From positions 2,932 to 66,931 of the IMG/VR virus record IMGVR_UViG_3300015371_000028: DNA of 64,000 nt; one strand, 5' to 3'. The position numbers and the translations under genes were made by a program. The notes beneath the pieces were generated by a model. The model was not told where the DNA came from and did no database searches. It saw nothing but the letters and a program-made list of their open reading frames with translations. Positions 48,543-58,379 of this stretch are shown here, one piece after another. Source of the DNA: a virus. Within the stretch, counting starts at the first letter, position 1. Each line of letters begins with the position of its first letter.

Positions 48543-50732
48543 ATGGTCGGGCAGCGAAAGGAGTTGCGAGTGGCAGAAGCGGAGGAATTACCAATCTTAC
48601 CGATCCTGCAAGTAGGCACCGAACAAGCGTTCACGGGCGAGGAATGTGTTTATGTGCTGACGCGTTACTTGGCGGGTAACTGCGACGGTGCGCACCGACC
48701 GGATGGCGTGGGATTCAACCGAGTCCAAACGGCGTTCGGTCATCAAATGGCAGAGCAACCGTTTCGATACTGGACGCCACGTCAAACGTGGGCCATGTAT
48801 CGGGTGTTGCAAACCTACAAGAACACGCAGTTGGCACCGTGGTGGGACTTGGTGCCGGAGATACCGGAGCCGGTCAATCCCAACGCCCAGCGCGAAGCGG
48901 AGTACGCGGAGTGGCGACGGAAGAAGGAACCAACCTACGAGCCGCCGAAGCAGTTTCGCAAGATGGTGACGACCACCATCAACGGCCAATCGTTCATCGA
49001 GCTACAGCAAAACTACGATCCCGGCTTGATCGAACGGATCAAGATGCTGCCGCAGCGTCGGTACCTCAAAGAGCGGCAATGCTGGGTCGTGCCGATTCAT
49101 TTGGACGCGTTGGAAGCCGTGACCTCGTTCGCGATGGAGTACGGCTACGAGATTGAACCGGAAGTCGAAGCGGCGATCACCGAAACGATGGATGCGTTCG
49201 CGGCACGGATCGAGTTGTCGCATGCGTCTGATGGCGAGTACCAGATCGCGCTGCCACCGGGACTGGAGTTGTATCCCTTCCAGAAGATCGGCGTGCAGTA
49301 CGCGGAGCAGGTAGGCAACGTCCTGATCGCGGATCAAATGGGTCTCGGCAAGACCGTGCAAGGGCTCATGACCGTGGCGGTGACGCACTCGTTTCCGACC
49401 ATTGTCCTCTGCCCTGCAAGTCTGAAGCACAACTGGTTTCGCGAAACGCAGAAGTGGATTCCCGGCAAGCGGGTCGCGATCCTGAACGGGGGCCAATCGC
49501 AACCACTGACGCGGGTCAACGGCGATCCGATGTTCGATGTGGTCATCATCAACTACGACATCCTCGGCAAGTGGATGGAAGAGTTGACGTTGCTCAAACC
49601 GAAAGCCCTGATCGCGGATGAGTGTCACGCGGTCAAGTCTCCGAAAGCCCAGCGGACCAAGAATGTGAAGGTGCTGATCGACGCGTGCCCTGGGATGCGT
49701 CGCATCTTCCTCTCCGGAACGCCGGTCGTGAACCGGCCAATGGAATTCTGGACGCTGATTTCCTTGCTCGGCTACAGCAAAGAAATGGGTGGCCTCATAG
49801 ATTACAAGCGTCGCTACGAGAACGCGTGGCAGTCGCGCTTGCATGAGTTGAACACCAGGGCGCGGACCTACTTCATGATCCGGCGTTTGAAGGTCGATGT
49901 TCTCAAAGAACTGCCGGACAAACAGCGGACGATGGTGCCCATCGACATCGACAATCGTAAGGAATATGACGCGGCGGTCAACGACATCGCGGGCTACTTC
50001 GCGACCAAGAAGATTCAAGGCGACGAATACGACGCGGTGAAGATGTCGCTGATGGCGCAAGCGATCAGTCAGGGCATGCTCGGTGACGAAGGCATGAAGT
50101 GGGTCAACGAGCAGATGCGCACGCAGTTCGGCGCGGACTACAGCAAGTTCTACCTAATCGCGGCACAGAACGAAGAGTTGCTGCGGTGGGAAGCGCTGAA
50201 GCAACTGGCGGTCGAAGGGAAGATGGCCGGGGTCTACGCCTGGCTCGATGAATTTATGGAATCGGACGAGAAAGTGGTGGTGTTCGGCCTGCACACGTCG
50301 GTGATCGAACGGATCGCGCGACGCTACAACGCCCCGTACATTCACGGCAGCGTCAAGATCGAGCACCGGCAGTATCACGTGGATCGGTTTCAGACCGATC
50401 CCAAGTGCCGGATGATTGTCGGCAACATGCAAGCAATGGGGGAAGGATTGACCCTGACAGCGGCGAGCAACGTCGCGTTTGTTGAGTACGGCTGGAACCC
50501 GAAGACCCACGATCAGGCAGAAGATCGCTGTCACCGCATCGGGCAAAAAGATGCGGTCATGATCTGGAACCTGACGGCGGAAGACACCATCGACGAAGAA
50601 TTGGCGGCGATGATCGAGAAGAAACGAATGGTGGCGGATGCGATCCAAGACGGAGCCGGGGTCGCGAATCAGATGGAGATGATGCGCGAACTGCGGGAAA
50701 CGCTCGGCAAGAAATTGGGACGCGTCCTCTAA
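48543..50732 (+). CDS. SNF2-family (SMARCAL1-like) helicase
   Basis: LIADQMGLGKT, DECH, LSGTP, GEGLTL and QAEDRCHRIGQ motifs. Confidence 0.92.
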   Translation: MVGQRKELRVAEAEELPILPILQVGTEQAFTGEECVYVLTRYLAGNCDGAHRPDGVGFNRVQTAFGHQMAEQPFRYWTPRQTWAMYRVLQTYKNTQLAPWWDLVPEIPEPVNPNAQREAEYAEWRRKKEPTYEPPKQFRKMVTTTINGQSFIELQQNYDPGLIERIKMLPQRRYLKERQCWVVPIHLDALEAVTSFAMEYGYEIEPEVEAAITETMDAFAARIELSHASDGEYQIALPPGLELYPFQKIGVQYAEQVGNVLIADQMGLGKTVQGLMTVAVTHSFPTIVLCPASLKHNWFRETQKWIPGKRVAILNGGQSQPLTRVNGDPMFDVVIINYDILGKWMEELTLLKPKALIADECHAVKSPKAQRTKNVKVLIDACPGMRRIFLSGTPVVNRPMEFWTLISLLGYSKEMGGLIDYKRRYENAWQSRLHELNTRARTYFMIRRLKVDVLKELPDKQRTMVPIDIDNRKEYDAAVNDIAGYFATKKIQGDEYDAVKMSLMAQAISQGMLGDEGMKWVNEQMRTQFGADYSKFYLIAAQNEELLRWEALKQLAVEGKMAGVYAWLDEFMESDEKVVVFGLHTSVIERIARRYNAPYIHGSVKIEHRQYHVDRFQTDPKCRMIVGNMQAMGEGLTLTAASNVAFVEYGWNPKTHDQAEDRCHRIGQKDAVMIWNLTAEDTIDEELAAMIEKKRMVADAIQDGAGVANQMEMMRELRETLGKKLGRVL

Positions 50733-50746
50733 CAGAGGGAACAACG

Positions 50747-51274
50747 ATGGCGTTAGTGATGGAGCGGAGAGAACGAACGGAACCGGCAGAGGTCGTGGAT
50801 TTAGTGTGGCTCGGCGGGTTTCTCGATGCGCGTGGCTCATTGATGACGAAGGGCATTCCCCGACTCATCATTCGCCACGAGGACGAGGACATCGCCCGAC
50901 GGATTGCGCGTCTGACCGGGGGCACGCTCAAAGGCCCGAAGCGGGATCAGTTTCCGGATCGGGACAAACCGGGCGCACCCTACTGGCTGGTGACGCTCTT
51001 CAACTACGAGAGCCTGAAAAACCTGTTTGACCGAATCAAACCGTACATCAGTGAGGCTCGGTACAACGAAGTGACGGCAGCGCTAGCGGGGTACGATCCG
51101 CCGAACGCGAAGAAGGTCGAGTTTAGCCAAGAAACCTGCGGGTATTACGATGTGATTCGCCCGAATGCGTCGGGCTATGTCGCGCACAAGCGACGCGGTG
51201 ACGAACCCTGCCGGTTGTGTACCGAATGTCAACGCGCGTACTACCGGCAGATGCGATCACGGAGAGCGGAATGA
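50747..51274 (+). CDS. LAGLIDADG-like endonuclease with C-terminal Cys/His motif
   Basis: WLGGFLDARGSL..IKPY; CG..GY..H.RRGDEPC..C. Confidence 0.65.
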   Translation: MALVMERRERTEPAEVVDLVWLGGFLDARGSLMTKGIPRLIIRHEDEDIARRIARLTGGTLKGPKRDQFPDRDKPGAPYWLVTLFNYESLKNLFDRIKPYISEARYNEVTAALAGYDPPNAKKVEFSQETCGYYDVIRPNASGYVAHKRRGDEPCRLCTECQRAYYRQMRSRRAE

Positions 51275-51621
51275 ACGCGCGCAGGGCACGCCGCAACCAG
51301 ATGTATCAATTTGTCTGTGCGTACTACGAGGCGAACAAGCAAGCGCCGTCGTACCGCGACATCATGACCGCGCTTGGCTATCGCTCGGTCTGCGGCGTGC
51401 AACATCAACTGCGGAAGTTGGAGGCGGATGGTTTGCTCACGCTTCAGCCTGGCATGGCGCGCGGGATCGTAATCAATGCCCACCAACCGCCGCCTGATGA
51501 CGAACTGGAACGGCTCGCGCGTCAGGTCGTGGTGTGCTGGGAAGACGGCGCGCTCGGCCCCGCGATCCGCGAACTCGCCGGGTACTTACAGGGTCTTGAT
51601 GAAAGGAGGCATGATTTGTAA
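51271..51621 (+). CDS. LexA-type DNA-binding domain repressor (no peptidase domain)
   Basis: APSYRDIMTALGYRS..VQHQLRKLEADG..ARGI. Confidence 0.75.
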   Translation: MNARRARRNQMYQFVCAYYEANKQAPSYRDIMTALGYRSVCGVQHQLRKLEADGLLTLQPGMARGIVINAHQPPPDDELERLARQVVVCWEDGALGPAIRELAGYLQGLDERRHDL

Positions 51622-51625
51622 CGTC

Positions 51626-51654
51626 TTGACATTCACATACGCGCGTGATACCAT
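51626..51654 (+). promoter_or_regulatory. Sigma70-like promoter with operator-like spacer
   Basis: TTGACA-17 nt-TACCAT; spacer contains TCACATACGCGCGTGA. Confidence 0.7.
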
Positions 51655-51696
51655 ATAATATCACCTGGAGAGACGTGAGAGGAGGGCACCAATGAA

Positions 51697-51987
51697 ATGA
51701 ACGACATGGACTGGCAGAAGTGCGTGCGACTCTTTGCGCGGGCGAATGAAGAGAAGCTGTCATTACTGCCACATCCGACGCTGGCGAACACCGCGATGGT
51801 GCGCAGCGTCAAACATCCCGGCACGATCTACGTCGTAGATCAGTACCGCTGCACGTGCCCCGCACGGGGTCAATGCAAACACCGGGCGCTCTTCGCGTTC
51901 AAATGGCCGGGGATGTTGCTCCGGATCGTAGACCCGCTGACCTTACCGGGCATGGAACCGGAGGAAGGAGTCGAAGCAACGGCATGA
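51697..51987 (+). CDS. SWIM zinc-finger protein
   Basis: YVV..CTCP..CKH. Confidence 0.7.
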   Translation: MNDMDWQKCVRLFARANEEKLSLLPHPTLANTAMVRSVKHPGTIYVVDQYRCTCPARGQCKHRALFAFKWPGMLLRIVDPLTLPGMEPEEGVEATA

Positions 51988-52149
51988 GGGACTACATCGT
52001 CATCACGGGCGAGGAAATACCGAGCGTCACACAGGCGTTGGACGAACAGTTTGCCGCCGTCTACCACGAGAAGGATCGGTCGTTGCGGCGGCAGTTACGA
52101 GCGGGATGGTTTGCGGCATGGGACCGCTTTCATGCAGAGGCGAGGGAAG

Positions 52150-52866
52150 ATGAGGCGCACGGAGGGCAGGGCGAAGCACGATCCGATCTTTCGCCGGTCG
52201 GTGGGGGAGATTGTTTCCGCAGTCGAGGAGCAGCCGATCACGACGCTCCCGTATCGGGAGCCGGACAGTCCCCATCCGATCACCGAGTTTTTTAGTGAGC
52301 GGGCGCGCTACAACGCGGCGACGATGGAGTGTCGGTCTGGTGCGGTGGCGTACCTGATCAATGTCAGCGAAGGCATGTTCTACTCGACGAAAGCAACCCG
52401 GCCACCGAACCCGGCCTTCTTCTTTGAGACGGAAATTCCCTATCCGGTTGGGTTCCGTGACTACAACGGCTCGTCGATGTCGTTCGGCTGGACGCCGCTG
52501 GCGTACATGCTCTACTACGACCGCGCTAACTCGCCGTCGAAGGCGCTGAAAGCACTGTGGAACGCGAGCCACGAACGGTACGCGCGTGATTTGTGGTGCG
52601 CGTTTCTGCGGAAGGGCATGTTGCTCAAATTTGATAGCAGCATGCACATGCTGTCCAAGATCGTCGGCTACACCGATCCCCCGATTGAGTGGCTGATTGA
52701 CTTGCTGTGGGAACCGGAGAGTGAGCAGCGCCAGAACGGTGAGGCGATGGTCGCGTTCGAGACGGCAGCGCGCGATTTTCAATTCAAGTGGAATTGCGGC
52801 GAGTGGTTTGATCCGAATTCCAATGCCCGAACGACGAGTGCATTACGGAAGGCGCTAGCGATTTAA
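52150..52866 (+). CDS. Hypothetical protein
   Basis: Long ORF in the operon; start uncertain. Confidence 0.55.
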   Translation: MRRTEGRAKHDPIFRRSVGEIVSAVEEQPITTLPYREPDSPHPITEFFSERARYNAATMECRSGAVAYLINVSEGMFYSTKATRPPNPAFFFETEIPYPVGFRDYNGSSMSFGWTPLAYMLYYDRANSPSKALKALWNASHERYARDLWCAFLRKGMLLKFDSSMHMLSKIVGYTDPPIEWLIDLLWEPESEQRQNGEAMVAFETAARDFQFKWNCGEWFDPNSNARTTSALRKALAI

Positions 52867-52880
52867 GGAGGCACACACCA

Positions 52881-53372
52881 ATGGTCTGCAACGAGAGGGC
52901 CGCAGCGCGCGAAATCGAGGCGCTGGACAAGAGGATCGCGGGGTTCGGCAAACGACCGACCACGTTCGCGAAAGGAGGCACGCCGCCATCCGTGAAGAGC
53001 ACGGACACGGCGCAAGTCGAGAAGATCAACCGGGAAGTCGCGGCGATCCACAAGATCGCAGACGGTATCTTGGCGGACGTGACGAAGATCACCAAGGATG
53101 CCGCTGATCACAAGCGGATGCACCTCGTGTCCTGGGCGAAGAACGGGTGCCCGAATGATCCCGACGACGAAGACGCCGTTGGGATCGAGTTAGGAGATGT
53201 ATTGGAAGATGCCCTGAAAACGCGCAGAGAGGCCGTAGAAGCGGTGAAAGCCCGGTTATTGGGGAATCTCCCCATTGTCGAGGAAATCGCGCCGCACAAT
53301 CAAGATTCTGAGCTAACGGATGAGCAGCTACTCGCCATCGCTAGAGAAGCGTTGGCGAACAAGTCACGCTAG
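52881..53372 (+). CDS. Hypothetical protein
   Basis: AAGGAGG RBS. Confidence 0.65.
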   Translation: MVCNERAAAREIEALDKRIAGFGKRPTTFAKGGTPPSVKSTDTAQVEKINREVAAIHKIADGILADVTKITKDAADHKRMHLVSWAKNGCPNDPDDEDAVGIELGDVLEDALKTRREAVEAVKARLLGNLPIVEEIAPHNQDSELTDEQLLAIAREALANKSR

Positions 53373-53389
53373 AAAGGACACACCGCATC

Positions 53390-53857
53390 ATGGAGGCACA
53401 AATCATTGTCACGGTCAGTCAGGACGAACGCCGAGTCGCGGTCTATCACAATCCCGATACTGGCTATTACTTCTGGATGATCTATCAAATCAATACCCCA
53501 GCCAAGCAAGTCAGTCAGACCGAGTATCCCGATCTGTTCGGCGCAATGCTGTCCGGGTTCGGCGTGGCGAGCAAAGACCTCGAAGGCGATGACGAGTCCG
53601 ACGATGAGGGCAGCGACGAACGAGAGCCGCTTGACAGCGTTGACGACCGTGAGGCCATCGAAGAACCCACACCGGTCGAATCGCCGAAGAAGCTGAAGTC
53701 GGGTGATCCCGGCTACTGGACGCCGGAGCGGAGAGCAGCCCACAGCTTGACGATGAAGAAGCGCTTCGCCAGCCCGGAAACCCGCAAGAAGATCAGCGAA
53801 GGCATGCGCAAGAGTTACGAGCGCCGCAATAACGCGCTCTCATCCCAGCGCACCTAG
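53390..53857 (+). CDS. Protein with NUMOD3-like DNA-binding tail
   Basis: SPETRKKISEGMRK; GAAAGGA RBS. Confidence 0.6.
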   Translation: MEAQIIVTVSQDERRVAVYHNPDTGYYFWMIYQINTPAKQVSQTEYPDLFGAMLSGFGVASKDLEGDDESDDEGSDEREPLDSVDDREAIEEPTPVESPKKLKSGDPGYWTPERRAAHSLTMKKRFASPETRKKISEGMRKSYERRNNALSSQRT

Positions 53858-53928
53858 CTCGGATCGGCCTGGCACCTGGGGTGCGATCCCGGTGCCAGGT
53901 GTTGCTAGATAGCAATCTCGCCAGTGTC

Positions 53929-53957
53929 TTGACTTTCACGCGCGTATGTGATACAAT
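53929..53957 (+). promoter_or_regulatory. Sigma70-like promoter with operator-like spacer
   Basis: TTGACT-17 nt-TACAAT; spacer contains TCACGCGCGTATGTGA. Confidence 0.7.
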
Positions 53958-54029
53958 AGACTTGTCGGAATTGATTCGACACCCGGCGGGAACGGTTCTT
54001 CCCGGCGTTCTCTGGAGGGAACAGCGGCA

Positions 54030-54623
54030 ATGGCAAAGGCAATCGTGACACCGGAAGAGGCAATCGCGGAGATCGAAGAGTTAGTCGAAGAGAAGGCGGC
54101 AGCGGACGCCGCTGAAGAAGAAGAGATGAAGAAGGGCATGGCTGATGTCCGTCGCGATGAGATGTCGGCAACCTGGTGGGAGGCGTTTGACGAGGACGGC
54201 AATCCGATCCACGTCGGTCAGATCGTCGGCCTCTGCGAGTTCGTGATCCACGAGGGCAAGGACGACAAGGAGCAGCCAGCCTATTCATCCAGCATGTTCA
54301 AGAATCCGCAGGATGATCTGGAAACGGCACTGGGGTACAGCTTCAAGAACGTCGCCCAGCGGGCCTTCAAGAAGCGCTGGAACGAGTTGTTCCCGCCCGA
54401 AAAGCGGAAGCAGATGACGCGCGAGAAGCAGGCAGAGAAGATCGCGCGTCTGCAAAGCGAAACTCAGATCGAGCGCCAGGAAAAAGAGATCGCGCTGCTT
54501 CAGGGTCAAGTTATGGCGACTGCGATGGCCGCAGGGAAGATGCCGACCGTCGAAGACTTCGCGGAAGTCGGCGTTCCCGTTCCCGAATATCTGCAAGCGG
54601 CGTTGGGCCTGAGCGCCGCCTAA
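54030..54623 (+). CDS. Hypothetical protein
   Basis: GGAGG RBS. Confidence 0.65.
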   Translation: MAKAIVTPEEAIAEIEELVEEKAAADAAEEEEMKKGMADVRRDEMSATWWEAFDEDGNPIHVGQIVGLCEFVIHEGKDDKEQPAYSSSMFKNPQDDLETALGYSFKNVAQRAFKKRWNELFPPEKRKQMTREKQAEKIARLQSETQIERQEKEIALLQGQVMATAMAAGKMPTVEDFAEVGVPVPEYLQAALGLSAA

Positions 54624-54692
54624 GACGCGCTGGTGGTTGCGGGGCGGTCCCAATTGGGACCGCCCGTCGTCATCTCTGGAGGGATACGGCAC

Positions 54693-55052
54693 ATGACTAA
54701 AGGCACCGTGCGCGTCGATTTGGAACTCGCGGAAATCGGGCAGAAGTTGCTCCAACTGAACGAGCAGAAGCGGCAGATCGAGCGCGAAATCCATGAGTGG
54801 GAAACCCGGCAAAGCACGCGCTTGAAGCTGATCGCCGGATTGGATCACGTTCATAATTTCCCGACCAAGGATCAGGCCCAGTTGATCACGACGTTCAAGT
54901 TGGCGATGAGTCAGTCAAATCCGATCTTGTTGACGGTGGCGTTCAATCTCTGCACGCAGACCGGCGCAGACAAAACGAACTGGCGTACGGAGCACGGCGA
55001 ATCAGTCGCGGTCGCGTATCAACGACGGCTCGCGGAATTGGAGAGCAAATGA
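54693..55052 (+). CDS. Hypothetical protein
   Basis: GGAGG RBS; coiled coil. Confidence 0.6.
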   Translation: MTKGTVRVDLELAEIGQKLLQLNEQKRQIEREIHEWETRQSTRLKLIAGLDHVHNFPTKDQAQLITTFKLAMSQSNPILLTVAFNLCTQTGADKTNWRTEHGESVAVAYQRRLAELESK

Positions 55053-55300
55053 GCACAGGCGACGGCACTAACATCTATGAAGAATTAAGTGCGGCGGACA
55101 TCAAGGCGGTGTCCGAAGCGGTCGGCGTGCTCCGCTTCACCGTGCTTCCGTTTCTGGAGGCACACAAAACGCACGGCGCACATTGCCCGTACAACCATCC
55201 GGTTCTGCGCAAGCGCTTCAGCGATGCCGAGGAAGCACTCTCGGCACTAGTCGAAGGCGACATGGAAATCCAGCGCCGGTTGGAGGAGAAGCATGGATAA
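55049..55300 (+). CDS. Hypothetical protein
   Basis: ATGA overlap; HGAHCPY motif. Confidence 0.55.
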   Translation: MSTGDGTNIYEELSAADIKAVSEAVGVLRFTVLPFLEAHKTHGAHCPYNHPVLRKRFSDAEEALSALVEGDMEIQRRLEEKHG

Positions 55301-55595
55301 GGGATTGCCGGATCGCATGAGCGGCGCGATCACTCTGCAAGATGCGGCGACGCTCGATCTGGCGCGGATGGTGGTCGAGGAAAAGGTGTTTGCCTTCATG
55401 CTCGCCCACAGTGACCACGATCCCCGGCATTGTCCGTACGCCGATCCGGAAATTATCGACGCGGTGACGACCACGATGGCAATGCTGCGGGCACTGGTCG
55501 ATGCGTTCAATGTCGAGCGCCGGGAAAAGGGAAAGGACGAATTCGTCTCCTTCGATAGCGGCAGCGTGCGTGTGGACGAGGGCTTCGATGCGTGA
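55293..55595 (+). CDS. Hypothetical protein
   Basis: GGAGGAG RBS; HDPRHCPY motif. Confidence 0.55.
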   Translation: MDKGLPDRMSGAITLQDAATLDLARMVVEEKVFAFMLAHSDHDPRHCPYADPEIIDAVTTTMAMLRALVDAFNVERREKGKDEFVSFDSGSVRVDEGFDA

Positions 55596-56451
55596 GCACA
55601 CGTTTCACGAGCCGACGTTGCACCATCCCTTGACCAGAGGGCCGCTCTACGTCGTGTTGACCGAGGACGGCAGCGGTCCCTATGGGCGTCAGATCGACGA
55701 GGAACCGTTTTGGGCTGGCGAATGGCTCCACGCGTCAATCCCGCCAACCCGAATGAAGCCGACCAACGGATTCCGCGTCAGTACCGAACCGTGGGATGCG
55801 TGGGCGTTTGAGGATATGCGCGTCTATGAAGTGGCAATCAACGGGAAATCGGTCTGGTTTGAACTGGATCATGCCTGGTATGTGCAGGCTGTCCAACTGG
55901 TGCGGCCAGCGGCGAATCCGCTCTGGTTCGAGGCCGTCCGGGAATTTGTGGCGGTGGACATCGCCACGATAGACCTGCTGCAACCGGACCGGCTCGGCAA
56001 GGTGCGCTCCCAACGATTCCAGTCGTCCGAATCCTGGCTCGACGCGATTATTAAAGCCCGTATTACCGCCCGTGGCGATGACGACATCCTGTCGTGTTCG
56101 TACTTGTCGCGGTGTGCCTACAACGTGCGTTCGGCCTTCCCGCACAACGTCCGCCAAACCCCGTATGCGCTCTTCAATTACACGGCGCGGCGCAGCATGA
56201 AGAAGCGGCTGTCGTCGTCTCAGGTACTCGGCCCGGCGACCGAGCGCATCATCTTGAACATGCAAGCGGCAGCAGGCGCAATGGCGACGATGCTGATCTA
56301 CGAGCAGATCGCGGCCTCGGAGCTACACGACGATCTCGATACGATCCGGGCGTGCTGGGCCACCATCGCCAGTGGCTACGCACTGGTCGGGGTGACGATT
56401 GATGGCGTCCCGTTAGTCGCGGCGGGACCACGGCAGGAGGCGGTGCGATGA
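55588..56451 (+). CDS. Hypothetical protein
   Basis: Long ORF overlapping its neighbours. Confidence 0.6.
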   Translation: MREHTFHEPTLHHPLTRGPLYVVLTEDGSGPYGRQIDEEPFWAGEWLHASIPPTRMKPTNGFRVSTEPWDAWAFEDMRVYEVAINGKSVWFELDHAWYVQAVQLVRPAANPLWFEAVREFVAVDIATIDLLQPDRLGKVRSQRFQSSESWLDAIIKARITARGDDDILSCSYLSRCAYNVRSAFPHNVRQTPYALFNYTARRSMKKRLSSSQVLGPATERIILNMQAAAGAMATMLIYEQIAASELHDDLDTIRACWATIASGYALVGVTIDGVPLVAAGPRQEAVR

Positions 56452-56999
56452 CCACCTGGCAAGAACGGACCGAAATCTTCGTCGCGAATGTCGGCACGCG
56501 TATGCTCCTGACTGACACCGGGCCACTGAATCGGGAGTGGTATACGTTCAGTGAAAATGGAAACTGGCTCCAGAATTATCGTACCCTCCAGAACGCGATC
56601 TATCCCGGCGACGCGGTGCTGGTCGCATCGGCGCACATCGAACGGAGCGCTGTCGCGTTGTTGCGCGCGACCCGACTCGGGCGTGGCGATGAAGCGCTCG
56701 ATCTGGCGCGGGTCGCGTTTCAAGTCGCGCGGCGGCGGACCGAATTCCGAGTCGTCTTCGGTCAAGACACCGGCTACGACATTCGTGAAGTCTATGCGAC
56801 CGATGCGTACAACATGACCCTGGTGACGGCGATCAGCGATGCGCCGGGATCACTCGACACGCAGCGCTCCCTGCACTGGATTCGCTCGGCCTGGCAGGTC
56901 TGGGAGCACGGCTTCTGCCGGATCGGTCATCTGCTCTATCCCGACGGCAGCGACAAGATCGCGGTCGTCTCTGGGTACAGCGCCCTGGCAATGCAATGA
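56448..56999 (+). CDS. Hypothetical protein
   Basis: AGGAGG RBS; ATGA overlap. Confidence 0.6.
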   Translation: MTTWQERTEIFVANVGTRMLLTDTGPLNREWYTFSENGNWLQNYRTLQNAIYPGDAVLVASAHIERSAVALLRATRLGRGDEALDLARVAFQVARRRTEFRVVFGQDTGYDIREVYATDAYNMTLVTAISDAPGSLDTQRSLHWIRSAWQVWEHGFCRIGHLLYPDGSDKIAVVSGYSALAMQ

Positions 57000-57232
57000 G
57001 CCGGATGGAAGTGACACTGTTCCGCGTGATCTGTGACGACTGCGGCGTCACGCGTGAGATGACGCCGACCCGACCGGCTGATTTGCACGGCTGGGTGTCG
57101 ATGGCACCGAACGATCCCCGTCGTCTTCTCTGGCAAACGGTAGACTACTGCCCTTCCTGTTGGCAACAGCGAGGGGCAGACAATGGTCACGCTCAAACCA
57201 AAGACCGAGCGGGAATTAATGGCCGAGATTAA
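56996..57232 (+). CDS. Small zinc-finger protein
   Basis: CDDCG..GW..DYCPSC. Confidence 0.6.
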   Translation: MSRMEVTLFRVICDDCGVTREMTPTRPADLHGWVSMAPNDPRRLLWQTVDYCPSCWQQRGADNGHAQTKDRAGINGRD

Positions 57233-57527
57233 ACGCGCAGCCCAGGAACTCGGCTTTCTGGCCTATCACAATCTTTATTCGGTCGGCTCCGATCCCGGCT
57301 TCCCCGATCTGACGATCAGTGGGCCGATAGATTGGCCGACCGCGACGATGTTTTACGAAGTCAAGGGGCCACGGGGGAAACCGACCGACCGGCAACTGCT
57401 CTGGCTGGCGACGCTGCACGCGCAGGGCTTTATCGCGCGGTTGGTCCGTGAAGAAAATGTGGGCGATGTGTATGACGACCTCGCGACGGCCTACGCGCGA
57501 GCACTCGAACGGAGGCAACGGGGATGA
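57183..57527 (+). CDS. VRR-NUC (PD-(D/E)xK) nuclease
   Basis: SDPGFPDL..YEVK..GK.T..Q..W. Confidence 0.8.
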   Translation: MVTLKPKTERELMAEIKRAAQELGFLAYHNLYSVGSDPGFPDLTISGPIDWPTATMFYEVKGPRGKPTDRQLLWLATLHAQGFIARLVREENVGDVYDDLATAYARALERRQRG

Positions 57528-58288
57528 AACGAGAACCGAGGCAACACGAGTTGGACGAGTTGATCGCGTTACAAGACCGGAACCCACGGCTGAAAGCGAA
57601 AGCCGACGCGCTGATGACGCTGCTCAACCTTAATATTGCCGAACTCTGTTGTGAAATTGAAGAAGGGTTTAACTCCCGGCGTCTGGTGCGCGAGTTGACC
57701 GACGACGCGCTGACGACGATGGCAGCCGGAGTCGAGAAGCACGTCAAGAAAATGGCACGGGAACAACCGTACGCGACGGTCTTACTGGTTGCGCAAGAGG
57801 CGTTGCAAAAAGAAGCAGTCCGGCGTGGCCTCCGCATCCCGGAAGTCATCGTCGTGCATGATGCCGATGTTTCGGATCGCAGTCTCAGCTTGGATCGGTT
57901 CAAGCAGGTGCAGGCCGAGCTTGGCATTGATGGTCAGGTGAGCCTCTCCGACTTGCTCTTTAGCCAGATCGTGCATCATGCACTGGCGATCATGACACCG
58001 GTCCTTGACGACCAGGCACCGATCCGTCCGTTGCTGGAGCCGCTGACGAGCTACAAGGTGGAAAACCTCGCGGTCTTCTTCAATGTCTGCCTCGACATCA
58101 TCGCGGAAGAGGGGGACGAAATGGCCGCACTCTTCGGAGACATCAATGTGCTGTCCTTTCTGCCGCAGATGAAAGCGATGCTCGCGATCTGTTGTGATGT
58201 GTTGGCAGAGCGGGGTGCGCCCGTTCCCAAGCAGATCACCCTGGAGCGGCGCATGATGGTGCCCTCATCCGGTCAGTTCCAGGCGTAA
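57524..58288 (+). CDS. Hypothetical protein
   Basis: ATGA overlap; 254 aa. Confidence 0.6.
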   Translation: MKREPRQHELDELIALQDRNPRLKAKADALMTLLNLNIAELCCEIEEGFNSRRLVRELTDDALTTMAAGVEKHVKKMAREQPYATVLLVAQEALQKEAVRRGLRIPEVIVVHDADVSDRSLSLDRFKQVQAELGIDGQVSLSDLLFSQIVHHALAIMTPVLDDQAPIRPLLEPLTSYKVENLAVFFNVCLDIIAEEGDEMAALFGDINVLSFLPQMKAMLAICCDVLAERGAPVPKQITLERRMMVPSSGQFQA

Positions 58289-58305
58289 GTGCTCGCCAGG
58301 AAGAC

Positions 58306-58334
58306 TTGCAGCCGGGACGGGGCTGTGTTATAAC
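58306..58334 (+). promoter_or_regulatory. Possible sigma70-like promoter
   Basis: TTGCAG-17 nt-TATAAC with an extended -10 TG. Confidence 0.4.
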
Positions 58335-58379
58335 AAAGAGACAGTCAGGTGACTGTGACAACAGTAAAGGAGGGCACGC

